Shown here: positions 19,410 through 28,297 of the stretch, in pieces
Position numbering within the stretch: position 1 is the stretch's first letter
Layout: every line of letters starts with the position of its first letter
NCBI GenBank assembly: GCA_963750695.1
Contig: CAVVSB010000002.1
Coordinates: 68,047 to 132,046, forward strand
Direction of reading: 5' to 3'
Length of the DNA: 64,000 nt
DNA from: an uncultured Solirubrobacterales bacterium
Lineage (GTDB): Bacteria; Actinomycetota; Thermoleophilia; Solirubrobacterales; Solirubrobacteraceae
Made by a program: the position numbers and the translations under genes
The notes under the pieces: generated by a model
The model's input: the letters and a program-made list of their open reading frames with translations, nothing else
Database searches by the model: none
Told to the model about the DNA's origin: nothing

Positions 19410-19537
19410 GGCCGGGGAGACCTCCGTATGGAGATTTTTGGAGCGATTGGAGAGATCCGCGCGGTCGGCCCGCACGGAAAGGTGCGAGTTCGGTGCGGGA
19501 TTCGCTTTTTTGCCCCCGAGCCGAGATAATACCGGCC

Positions 19538-21445
19538 ATGGAAGCAAGCGCGGTGCCGCGGGCAGCACCGGCAGGGGTTTCCGCAATGTTCTCGTCGCCG
19601 CACCTGTGGCGATTGGCGACAGATGCGCGGCTGGTCGCACTCGTCCGTGAACGCAATCCGGCCGCTTTTGAGGCCGTTTACAACCGTCACCATCGAGCGA
19701 TTCTGTCGTTCTGTCGGCACATGCTCGGCGACCCGCAGGAAGCCGAGGACGCCGTCCAGCAGACGTTCCTCGCGGCGTACAGCGACCTGATCAGCTCCGA
19801 TAAGCCGATCCACTTGCGCGCGTGGCTGTTCACGATCGCGCGCAACCGCTGCTACTCGCTGCTCCGCGGTCGCCGCGAGCAGCCAGCGAGCGACCTCGAG
19901 GAGCCGCTTACCGAGGGCCTCGCGTCGCAGGTGCAGCGCCGGCAGGATCTCCGGGATCTCGTCGTCGACCTGCGCCAGCTGCCGGATGAGCAGCGGGCCG
20001 CCCTCGTCCTCGCCGAGCTCGACGCGCTCAGCCACGAGGAGATCGCGATCGCTCTCGACGTCCCGCGGGAGAAGGTCAAGGCCCTTGTCTTCCAGGCGCG
20101 AGAGTCGCTCGTGGCGAGCCGCACCGCTCGCGAAACGGACTGCACCGAGATCCGCGAACAGCTCGCCACCCAGCGGGGCGGCGCGCTGCGTCGGGGGAAT
20201 CTGCGCCGCCACCTACGCGAGTGCGCCGGCTGCCGCGACTTCCGTCGCGAGGTCGAGCGCCAGCGCCGCCAGCTCGCTGCGCTGCTGCCGGTTGTGCCGA
20301 CCGTGGCACTCAAGGAGGGCGTGCTCGGAGGGACGATCGGCGGCGGGGCCGCCGCGGGCGTCGGCACTGGTGGCCTCGTGCTCTCGACCGCGCTCAAAAG
20401 CGGTCTGGCCAAGGGGGCGCTCGGAGCGCTTCTCGCCGGCGCGGGCGCGGCGACGACCATCGTCGCGACGCATGGCCTCACCGTGCACAGTTCCCACGGC
20501 GCCTCGAGCCGGCACCAGGCAGCAGCGGTCGCCACGACCGCCGGGAATGGCGCCGGCACGACGACGGTGGCGCGTGCGCTCGTTTCCGGCGACGCGAGCG
20601 CCTCGGCGCCCACCGGCGGTGCGAAGACTACCGCGGGCTTCGGCTCGGCGCTGCCGACGGTCACGTCGTCCACGCACGCAGCGACCGGGTCCTTCATCCG
20701 CCGGGCCGCATTGAACCCATTCGCCACGCTGCTCGGGATCCCGAGGCCGCTGAAGGGCGGTGCCGCGCCTCGGCGCACGGCCACTCTTGTGCCGACGGCC
20801 GCGCCCGTCCAGCCCGTCACCGCGTCGCCGCCCTCGGCCCCGGTGCCCCCGGCGAACATGACGCCGGTTCAGATTCCGACCCCCGGATCGACGACCCACG
20901 GCTCAGGTGGTCACGACGGCGGCGGGACGGGAACCCCCTTCGGTAGCGGTCGCGGCGATTCAACCGGCGGGTCCGGGCGCAATGGGTCGTCTGGCTCCGG
21001 CTACGGCGGGGGCGGTGACAACGGCGGCGGCACACCGGTGCCGCAGAGGGGCGGAACTGGATCGACCGGCGGTGGAACCCGCGGTCAGGGCTCGACCGGA
21101 AACACCGGGACCGGGTCGACTGGGAACAGCGGTGCGACGGGCAACAGCGGCACCACCGGTACCGGCGCCACCGGCACCACCGGCACCACCGGCGCGACTG
21201 GAACGACGGGCACCGCCGGAACCGGAACGACCGGGACGACCGGCACGGTCCCTGCGGGTAGCGGCGGCACCGTCACCGGGACGACGACCGGTACCGGCAC
21301 CGGAGCGGCCGACACGACGAGCGGCTCGACTTCGACCAGCGGTTCTTCCGGGTCGACGACTGCCGGCGGCGCGAGCGACGCCACGACGACTGCGACCGTC
21401 GTTCCGAGTGGAACGACCCGCGGCGAGACGACCGCCACCCAGTGA
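19538..21445 (+). CDS. ECF sigma-70 factor with fused zinc-finger (ZAS-like) domain, hydrophobic segment and Pro/Thr/Gly-rich tail
   Basis: AFEAVYNRH, AEDAVQQTFL, WLFTIARNRC and LPDEQRAALVL sigma regions; C...HLRECAGC; real start is 19538, not 18353. Confidence 0.88.
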   Translation: MEASAVPRAAPAGVSAMFSSPHLWRLATDARLVALVRERNPAAFEAVYNRHHRAILSFCRHMLGDPQEAEDAVQQTFLAAYSDLISSDKPIHLRAWLFTIARNRCYSLLRGRREQPASDLEEPLTEGLASQVQRRQDLRDLVVDLRQLPDEQRAALVLAELDALSHEEIAIALDVPREKVKALVFQARESLVASRTARETDCTEIREQLATQRGGALRRGNLRRHLRECAGCRDFRREVERQRRQLAALLPVVPTVALKEGVLGGTIGGGAAAGVGTGGLVLSTALKSGLAKGALGALLAGAGAATTIVATHGLTVHSSHGASSRHQAAAVATTAGNGAGTTTVARALVSGDASASAPTGGAKTTAGFGSALPTVTSSTHAATGSFIRRAALNPFATLLGIPRPLKGGAAPRRTATLVPTAAPVQPVTASPPSAPVPPANMTPVQIPTPGSTTHGSGGHDGGGTGTPFGSGRGDSTGGSGRNGSSGSGYGGGGDNGGGTPVPQRGGTGSTGGGTRGQGSTGNTGTGSTGNSGATGNSGTTGTGATGTTGTTGATGTTGTAGTGTTGTTGTVPAGSGGTVTGTTTGTGTGAADTTSGSTSTSGSSGSTTAGGASDATTTATVVPSGTTRGETTATQ

Positions 21446-21570
21446 CCATCCGGCGCTCGGCGACGCCGTTGGCTGACCACCGGGCGGCCAACACGCCCCA
21501 GGCGGTACCGTCTGACGCCCTACCGCACGTGGGCCCGCGGGGTCGGGCCGGATCTAGGAGGATCGGTTCC

Positions 21571-22527
21571 ATGGCTAAACCTCTTCGCTCGCTCGCCGGG
21601 CAGACCGTCGCAATCACCGGCGGGGGACGCGGGATCGGCCGCGCCACCACCGCCGCGCTGATTGCTCAGGGCGCCCGGGTCGCGATCGGCGACATCGATG
21701 GCGCGCTCGCCGAGCGGACGGCCGGAGAGCTCGGAAGCGGGACGGTCGGGCTGCCGCTCGACGTCACCGACCGCAGCAGCTTCGACCGCTTCCTCACCGA
21801 GGTCGAGGATCGGCTCGGGCCGCTCGACATCCTCATCAACAACGCCGGGATCATGCCGATCGGCCCGTTCATCGAGGAGTCCGACGCGATCGCCAATCGG
21901 ATGATCGACATCAACCTCGTCGGCGTCATCTACGGCTCCAAGCTCGCGCTGGCCCGATTCACGAAGCGCGGCCGCGGCCACCTTGTCCAGATTGCATCGA
22001 TGGCAGGCAAGGCGGGGTTCCCGGGCGGCGCCACCTACTGCGCCACCAAGCACGCTGTCGTCGGCCTCAGTGAGGCGATCCGCGCCGAGCTCCGTGACAC
22101 GAACATCGACATCAGTGTCGTGATGCCGGTCGTCGTCAACACCGAGCTCGGGTCCGGCCTCCCGGAGACGCGCGGGTTCAAGGCGGTTCAGCCTGAGGAC
22201 GTCGCGGACTGCATCGTCGAGGCGCTGCAGACGGGCCGCTTCGAGGTGTTCGTGCCGAAGTCGATCAGCGGCATGGTCCGCGTCAACGCCCTGCTGCCTC
22301 GCCGTGCCGTCGAGTGGATGGGTCGCGCGCTCAAGGGCGATCAGGTGCTCGCCCATCCGGACCACACCGCGCGTGCCGCGTACGAGAAGCGTATGGCGGA
22401 GACGGTCGCCTCCTCCCAGGTGCCGTCCGCCAAGCAGCCGCCGGCGAAGCCGGCCCCGAAGATCGACGAGACGGCGGCGGCCGTCGAGGCCGCGGCAACG
22501 GGCGCCAGCGAGCGCGAGCGGGTCTGA
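21571..22527 (+). CDS. Short-chain dehydrogenase/reductase
   Basis: TGGGRGIG, NNAG and YCATK; GGAGG RBS. Confidence 0.93.
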   Translation: MAKPLRSLAGQTVAITGGGRGIGRATTAALIAQGARVAIGDIDGALAERTAGELGSGTVGLPLDVTDRSSFDRFLTEVEDRLGPLDILINNAGIMPIGPFIEESDAIANRMIDINLVGVIYGSKLALARFTKRGRGHLVQIASMAGKAGFPGGATYCATKHAVVGLSEAIRAELRDTNIDISVVMPVVVNTELGSGLPETRGFKAVQPEDVADCIVEALQTGRFEVFVPKSISGMVRVNALLPRRAVEWMGRALKGDQVLAHPDHTARAAYEKRMAETVASSQVPSAKQPPAKPAPKIDETAAAVEAAATGASERERV

Positions 22528-22637
22528 CCGCGGCGTGGAAGCATCTCCGTCTGGGGCGCCGGCCGTCCGGGCCTGGCTGGCTGGCCGACCGGCGCTCCCT
22601 GTTCGAGCCGAGGCTCGTCCCTGTCCCACGGGACCGC

Positions 22638-22675
22638 TTGGGGAGTTGTGTACAAATAGTGTCGTCAACCTCCCA
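22638..22675. repeat. TTGGGAGTT/AACTCCCAA-type hairpin, copy A
   Basis: TTGGGAGTTG (22638-22647) pairs with CAACCTCCCAA (22665-22675) with one bulge; same arm sequence as 23062-23102. Confidence 0.6.
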
Positions 22676-22849
22676 AACGCCGAGGCTCCACGGGCGTATT
22701 TGACCGACGCTGGCTGATGTGGGACGGCGCTGAGGCTCGGGCGCTCGTGCTCGAGAAGAAGGTGTACGCGGCTCGATACGTGACGAAGCCTCGGGACAGG
22801 GGGCGATTCGGACCCAGCCCGTACGTGATCGGATTCCTGCAGGGCGAGG

Positions 22850-23074
22850 ACTGGGGGCAGCGGGTTCCCGTTCGACCTGCCGGCGATGGAAACGATCGAT
22901 CGGCTTCGCCTCGACCAACCCGTGACGCTACTCGTCGGCGACAACGGAAGCGGCAAGTCGACCATCCTGGAAGCGGTGGCGGCGGCGATCGGGTTCGACG
23001 AGCAGGGCGGCGAGCTCGAGCGGCTCGGCGAGTTGCCCGCGGCCAGCGCCGTCGACCCTGACTTTGGGAGTTAG
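22850..23074 (+). pseudogene. Truncated AAA/ABC-type ATPase (COG3910-like) 5' remnant
   Basis: FPFDLPAMETIDRLRLDQPVTLLVGDNGSGKSTILEAVA carries a Walker A, then stops after about 60 codons; in-frame stop at 22826 upstream; no Walker B. Confidence 0.7.
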
Positions 23075-23102
23075 CCCGAATGACTCACGGTAACTCCCAA
23101 AG
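23062..23102. repeat. TTGGGAGTT/AACTCCCAA-type hairpin, copy B (possible bidirectional terminator or REP-like element)
   Basis: Perfect 12-bp inverted repeat CTTTGGGAGTTA (23062-23073) / TAACTCCCAAAG (23091-23102). Confidence 0.7.
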
Positions 23103-23126
23103 CCAATCGCCGACCGGCGTCGACGA

Positions 23127-24008
23127 TCAGCCGGCGGTCAACCAGTCCGCGATCAGCCGACCGATCTCCGGCCCGGCGTCCTCCTGGAGGAAGTGGCTCG
23201 CGTTCTCGATCACGTGGGCGACCTCGGTCCCGATTGCGGCCGCGAAGCGCCGCCCGGTCTCAAGCGTGAGCACCGGGTCGGAGTCCGCCCACAGCACGAG
23301 CTTCGGCCGTGCGTCGCCGCGGAGTGTCTCGAGGACGCGCTGGCCAGCTTCGGCGCCCGGCATGTCGGGCGAGGTCGGGAGGATCAGCGGGAAGGCGCGG
23401 GCTCCCGCCTTTGCGGCGGCGTTCGGGTACGGCGCCTCGTAGCCGACGATCACCTCGTCGCCGGGGTCGGTCTTGCACGCCCCACGGACCAAGAACCCGA
23501 CCGGGAGGTCCTCGGTCCGGTCGACGAAGTTCCGGAACGCGATCCATGCGTCGCTCATCTTCTGGTGGCCGGTGAACAAGCCGGTGTCCAGCGCGATGAT
23601 CCGGTCGAAGCGCTCGGCGTGCTCGACCGCGAGGCGCAGCCCAATCGGTCCGCCCCAGTCGTGGACGACCGCGGTGGCCCCGTGCAGGTCGAGCTCCTCG
23701 AGCAGCGGAGCGAGGGCAGCGACGTGCTGGTCATAGCTGTACCAGTCGAAGTCGGTCGGCTTGTCGGAGCGGCCAAAGCCGGGCATGTCCGGCGCAATGC
23801 AGCGAAACCCGGCGTCGCGGACCGAGGGGATCACCTTGCGCCAGAGGTACGACCACGTTGGCTCGCCATGGAAGAACACGACCGGTGCGCCGTCACCTTC
23901 GTCGAGGTGGGCGAGGCGGAGGCCGTCGTATGTGCGGTAGTGCGGCTCGAACGGGAACTCGGGCAGTCCCTCGAGCAGCTGATCAGGGGTGCGGATGGCG
24001 TCGGTCAC
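23127..24008 (-). CDS. Haloalkane dehalogenase (DhmA/DhlA-like alpha/beta hydrolase)
   Basis: FHGEPTWSYL, PDMPGFGRSDKP, VHDWGGPIG nucleophile and HFLQED; TAGGTT -10 box 7 nt upstream. Confidence 0.9.
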   Translation of the reverse strand: MTDAIRTPDQLLEGLPEFPFEPHYRTYDGLRLAHLDEGDGAPVVFFHGEPTWSYLWRKVIPSVRDAGFRCIAPDMPGFGRSDKPTDFDWYSYDQHVAALAPLLEELDLHGATAVVHDWGGPIGLRLAVEHAERFDRIIALDTGLFTGHQKMSDAWIAFRNFVDRTEDLPVGFLVRGACKTDPGDEVIVGYEAPYPNAAAKAGARAFPLILPTSPDMPGAEAGQRVLETLRGDARPKLVLWADSDPVLTLETGRRFAAAIGTEVAHVIENASHFLQEDAGPEIGRLIADWLTAG

Positions 24009-24029
24009 GGCCGAGAACCTATCCCAACG

Positions 24030-24676
24030 GCGACAATGGACGTCGTTGTCGCGGTTTGCGCTCGGACCGACGCCATCCGCACGGCATCAAGTTCGGCGAG
24101 CACCATCCGACGGGCGTTTTGCGCAGGAAGCTCTTTCATCGCGACAAGCGTGTTCACCTCGACTCCGCGCTGATCGCCGACGAGGTCCGCTCGATGGTCC
24201 GTGAAGCCGCTGGCGAGGACAGCTCCGAGTTTCCGCTGCGGATGATCGGCATGCGGGAGCTGCGCTCACACAACTCGTGGATGCACAACGTGCCGAAGCT
24301 GATGGCCGGCGACCGCGTCCATACGGCGCGCGTGCACCCCGACGACGCGCGTGACCGTGGGATCGAGGACGGCGAGTCGTGCCGCGTCGTGTCGGCCACC
24401 GGCGTGATCGAACTGCCCGCCAAGCTGACCGACGAGGTGATGCGCGGCGTGATCGCGATCCCCCACGGTTGGGGTCACGGCAGCGGCGGCGGGTGGCGCA
24501 CCGCGGACAGCGCCGGCGGGGCAAACGTCAATCGGCTCGCGTCCACGGCTCCGATCGGTCTCGAGCGGCTCGCCGGGATGGCGTTCCTCAACGGGATCCC
24601 GGTGCGACTCGAGGCGGTTTCGGCGGGCGAGGCGGCTGGGTCGACTGAGACCGCCGTCGCTACCGCGGCCGACTGA
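24030..24676 (+). pseudogene. 5'-truncated molybdopterin oxidoreductase (only the C-terminal dinucleotide-binding region remains)
   Basis: HPHG, LRMIGMRELRSHNSWMHN, VHPDDA, IPHGWGH and GANVNRL; no plausible start or N-terminal catalytic domain; left boundary approximate. Confidence 0.75.
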
Positions 24677-24724
24677 GGCGTGCCGGGTCTGAGACCCCGG
24701 ACCGGTGCGAGCTGACCTCCGGAC

Positions 24725-24837
24725 GGGGAATAACGTCGCAAGCCGCGGTCGCGGGACGGATCCTGCGACGTTACTCCCGCTGAGCGGGAGGAACGTTGAC
24801 GGATCGCTGCGCCACTCACATCCTGCGACGTTTCTCC
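24725..24837. repeat. Intergenic palindromic REP/BIME-like element, copy 2
   Basis: AACGTCGCA...TGCGACGTT arms; central CTCCCGCT-G-AGCGGGAG hairpin; 82/107 identity (counted by hand) to 1098-1204 without gaps. Confidence 0.85.
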
Positions 24838-25174
24838 GCGATGTGGACGGCGAGAGGACCGACCGGGCGCACTATCCCCCTCCCCTCAATGCAAAAGAGC
24901 AGGCGAAGCAGGCCGGTCAAGGTCGGTCGGTGGGCCACCAACGACGACGCGGCCGACTGTCCGGGCACGTTGGCGGCGCGGTGCCGTCCGTCTGGCGCGC
25001 CGCTGACCCACCGGACCGGGACACGTGTCCGCGGCACGAGGCCGCGGCGGAAGCGTGGACCGTCGTGCCGATGTGGGCGGGACGATGTTCCGATCTGGCC
25101 AGCGAGGGCGCGACAGCGGACAGTTGCCGCGGTTTCGGGACGAAGCGACGCCGGCTCAGCCCGCGCCGGCCGCC

Positions 25175-26620
25175 TCACTTGGGCCCGTCGACGAGGTACC
25201 CCGACGCATCCGAGGCGACGGTGACCGAGATCGAGCTCAGACTGCGGCTCCACGCGATCAGGTTGAGCGCCTGGAGGCGGTCGAGCAGTGACTGGAACGC
25301 CGCCGCTTGGGCGCCGCTCGCGTAGCGACGGTCGATCAGGAATGTATACCCGGTGAGCGAGTCCGGATCGTCGATCCCGAGGGCGTGCTGGTAGCGGCTG
25401 TCGGTCACCGCCCCGCCGACGATCAGCGAGGCGCGGGATCGGGACCCGCCGCTCAGCGCCCGCGCCCGGACACCGAGCTCGACGAGGAGGTCGAGCGCCG
25501 CCGGGCGCAGACCGCGGTACACGGCGGGCGACACCCCGATCCGCCGCGCCCCTTCGCCGAGCGTGCGGCCGTAGACCAATCCGAGCGCGGTGCCGTTCCG
25601 GGGAAGCCGGACGAGCTCTCGCTTACCGTAGGCCGCCCCGAGCTCGGCCGGATCGGCGTACGCAGTCGTCCGGTCAGGCGGATGCAGGACGGCGGCGGTC
25701 GAGTCACGTTCGGTCTGCAGCGTGGCGAGTCGCTCGAGCGCGCCTCGGTCATGGCGGTAGAGCTTCATCACCTGTACGGCGCCGAGCACGCGCCAGTAGT
25801 AGAGCGAGGACTGATCCCCGAACCCGGACAGCAACCGGTACGTCGCCGGGTTGTGGTCCGGAGCGGTGTTGAAGTACAGCTGCGCGTAGGGGACCGCATG
25901 GCCGCCGTTGTAGTCGCTGAGGACGTGCTCGAGATTCCCGATCCCCATGTGGTAGGAGACGACGGCAAGATCGGCGCGCCCGAATCGGCGCTCGGCGGTC
26001 TGCAGGTAGCGAACCGTCGCCGCGAGGGCGCGGCGCGGCGCGAAGCGGTCATCGGCACGTTGCAGCGCCCGCAAATCCCGCTGGAAGGCCTTCGGCGAGG
26101 CAGCGTTGCCGAGCTTGACCAGCAGCGCTCGACTGCGGGCGAGATTGATGTGCATGCCAAGGAGCGACGAGCCGGTGTCCGCGAGGATCTGGGTCAGACC
26201 GGCGGCCGACGCGGCGTCGGATCCGGCAAGGACATAGGGCCGCCCGGCACTCTCGACGAACACCATTCCCTCGACCACGTCGGGGTTGATGTCCGTGCCG
26301 CGCACGGCGGCGTCGATCTGTGGTCGGAACGCGGCGACGCGCTTCGCAGTGGCGATCGCTCCGCCTGGGCTCTGGCTGAACAGGACGTGGGAGCTGCCGG
26401 CCGTCGCCCTGGCGACGAACGCGGCGTCGTGGCCGGGGACCCACAGGAACGGGTCGCCGGCGCGTGCGGGGCGCCCGATCCCCGGCAGGGGGACGCGGAC
26501 GCCCGAGTTCGAGCCACCGCTCGTCGCCGCCACGATGATCCCGATGAGAAGCAGCAGAGCGCCGCCGGCGAGCAGCAGCCGCAGCCGCGAGCTCGCCACG
26601 ACCAGCCCGGCATCACTCAT
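25175..26620 (-). CDS. Secreted/anchored lytic transglycosylase (SLT-like) with a DUF5715-like C-terminal domain
   Basis: TM; VFVESAG (catalytic Glu), AAGLTQI (GLMQ-like) and SYHMGIGN (AYNAG-like); C-terminal LRPAAL...TGYTF.I..RYAS; ATG 26620 preferred. Confidence 0.7.
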   Translation of the reverse strand: MSDAGLVVASSRLRLLLAGGALLLLIGIIVAATSGGSNSGVRVPLPGIGRPARAGDPFLWVPGHDAAFVARATAGSSHVLFSQSPGGAIATAKRVAAFRPQIDAAVRGTDINPDVVEGMVFVESAGRPYVLAGSDAASAAGLTQILADTGSSLLGMHINLARSRALLVKLGNAASPKAFQRDLRALQRADDRFAPRRALAATVRYLQTAERRFGRADLAVVSYHMGIGNLEHVLSDYNGGHAVPYAQLYFNTAPDHNPATYRLLSGFGDQSSLYYWRVLGAVQVMKLYRHDRGALERLATLQTERDSTAAVLHPPDRTTAYADPAELGAAYGKRELVRLPRNGTALGLVYGRTLGEGARRIGVSPAVYRGLRPAALDLLVELGVRARALSGGSRSRASLIVGGAVTDSRYQHALGIDDPDSLTGYTFLIDRRYASGAQAAAFQSLLDRLQALNLIAWSRSLSSISVTVASDASGYLVDGPK

Positions 26621-28137
26621 GAGCGGTACGTCATCCGGATGCCGCGGCAACGTGCACGCTGGGCGGCCGTCATGAGGTGGCTGGGAACGATCGCCCAGCC
26701 GTCGCGGAGCGGGTGGAACGTCACGAGCGGGTGCGGGTGGAGGGCGAACTTCTTCTTCGTGATGTAGAGCGAGCCGACGTCACTGCCGGTGTACCAGGCG
26801 AACACGCTCTGGTAGCCGATCGGGAGGTTGGGGGTGCCGCAGGCCCGGATCCGCTCGATCCCGCCCAGCCGGGTGATCGCCGCGGACAGGCGCCCGAGCT
26901 CGTGCGCCCGCGCTCGCTCGTGAACGAGGTCGGCCTTCTCGATGTGCACGCGCGACCGCGCGCCCGGCAGCCATGTGGCCACGAAGAGGAGCACGAGGAG
27001 CCCGGTCGCCCACCCGACGACGCCCGGCGAGAGCCGCGGGCCCACGCGCGAGAGGAGTGGCGGCAATTCAACAATCACGCGACCGACGGCGTACCCGGCG
27101 AGCACGCACGCGACGGCGACGGGCTCGAACAGGTAGCGCGGGACGCCGGGCCAGCCGTGGAGCACGAACGCCACTTCGACGAGCACCCACACGACGGCGC
27201 CCGCGGCGAGCAGCAACACGAACCGCTGGCGACGGATCGCGGCGAATGTAACACCTGCCAGCGCGGCCACCCAGATCGGCAACTCGTGCAGGTCGAGGAA
27301 GCGGTCGATCGTGCCCCAGATCTTGTTCTCGTGCAGCGCTCGCACGGACTTCAAAGCGTTGTCTCCGGCGACGAATGGGCTGCGGGCGGTCAGACCTGGG
27401 ATGCCGAACCAGAGCAACGGAATAGCGACGATCCCGGCGACGATCATCCGCCGTTGTGCGGGGTCGCGGCGCCACAGCCAGACCGTGTAGAAGCCGAGGA
27501 ACGGCCACACCTCAGGCCGGCCGAGCGCGCCGAGCACCAGCATCCAGAACGCCCAGCGCAGGCGCCCGCACAGGTAGCAGTCGATCGCGGCCAGGCACAG
27601 CGCCACGATCATCGGATCGGACTGCGAGGACAGGTAGAAGTGGGTGTAGTCGCGGATCCCGAGCACGCCGATCGCGGCGACCGCGCCCGCCGCATACGCC
27701 GCGTAGCGACGCTCCGGGGCGGCATCGACGAGCCGGAACGCGATCCGCCACGCGAACACGGCGCCGCTCAACGAGACGGCGACCGCGGTGATCATCCACA
27801 GCCACAGGGCGTAGTGACCGAACACCGAATACGGGAGCGTGAACAGATACGGCAGCGGCTTCCACGACGGCGCACCATCGGTCTCGAGCTTCCAGTGGAG
27901 CGAGAGCTTGCCCCAGACGAGCCAGCCGTAAGGGTCATAACCGGGACGAACCCGGGCGGCGAGGACGATCACCGTCGAGATCGCGAGCAGTCCGAGCGCT
28001 CCGAGGACCCAGCGATAGCGCCAGGCAAACGTGCGCAGCGTCTCTCCAAGAGACGTGTGCGCGGGTCCGCTGCCGGACCGCGACGGCGGGGCTGGCGGGA
28101 CGTCGATCGACGGTGCTTCTGCGGTCTGATGGGCCAC
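26617..28137 (-). CDS. Multi-pass membrane protein, GT-C-fold-like
   Basis: About 11 TMs; first loop YDPYGWLVWG; PSWKPLP, SDPM, LGRPE and PRY motifs typical of GT-C; GTG start at 28137 inferred. Confidence 0.6.
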   Translation of the reverse strand: MAHQTAEAPSIDVPPAPPSRSGSGPAHTSLGETLRTFAWRYRWVLGALGLLAISTVIVLAARVRPGYDPYGWLVWGKLSLHWKLETDGAPSWKPLPYLFTLPYSVFGHYALWLWMITAVAVSLSGAVFAWRIAFRLVDAAPERRYAAYAAGAVAAIGVLGIRDYTHFYLSSQSDPMIVALCLAAIDCYLCGRLRWAFWMLVLGALGRPEVWPFLGFYTVWLWRRDPAQRRMIVAGIVAIPLLWFGIPGLTARSPFVAGDNALKSVRALHENKIWGTIDRFLDLHELPIWVAALAGVTFAAIRRQRFVLLLAAGAVVWVLVEVAFVLHGWPGVPRYLFEPVAVACVLAGYAVGRVIVELPPLLSRVGPRLSPGVVGWATGLLVLLFVATWLPGARSRVHIEKADLVHERARAHELGRLSAAITRLGGIERIRACGTPNLPIGYQSVFAWYTGSDVGSLYITKKKFALHPHPLVTFHPLRDGWAIVPSHLMTAAQRARCRGIRMTYRS

Positions 28138-28297
28138 GAGAATCAGGGTCAGCCGGGGATGACGGCAGTGGGCCGAGCCGGCGCGGACGGTAGCAGTCGA
28201 GGAGTGCCACTCGAGATGACCTCTGAGAATCCCGTAACCTAGGGCGCCGCGCCGGACTACCGTCTGTTGTCCTGCCGATTTTCGACGCCTGAACATC

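Noticed and set aside
18353-19537. 1030-aa ORF suggesting a giant sigma fusion
   Set aside because: The first ~395 codons are an Arg/Pro-rich off-frame shadow of the ATP-grasp gene. The sigma domain starts at ATG 19538.
21060-21310. GGCACCACC-type repeats
   Set aside because: These are low-complexity Gly/Thr codons in the sigma tail, not a DNA-level element.
22717-23061. 114-aa ORF across the ATPase remnant
   Set aside because: It reads as a chimeric frame over the degraded region, and I recognise no coherent domain.
26677-28242. 521-aa plus-strand ORF and similar long antisense ORFs (41155-42753, 34808-36103, 52083-53288, 31855-33504)
   Set aside because: They mirror well-supported genes on the opposite strand and have R/P/G-biased, motif-free translations.
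28178-28264. Two complementary pairs (CCGGCGCGG/CCGCGCCGG and GACGGTAG/CTACCGTC) in a divergent spacer
   Set aside because: The matches are short, GC-rich and not nested. They are plausible by chance and match no riboswitch consensus I recognise.
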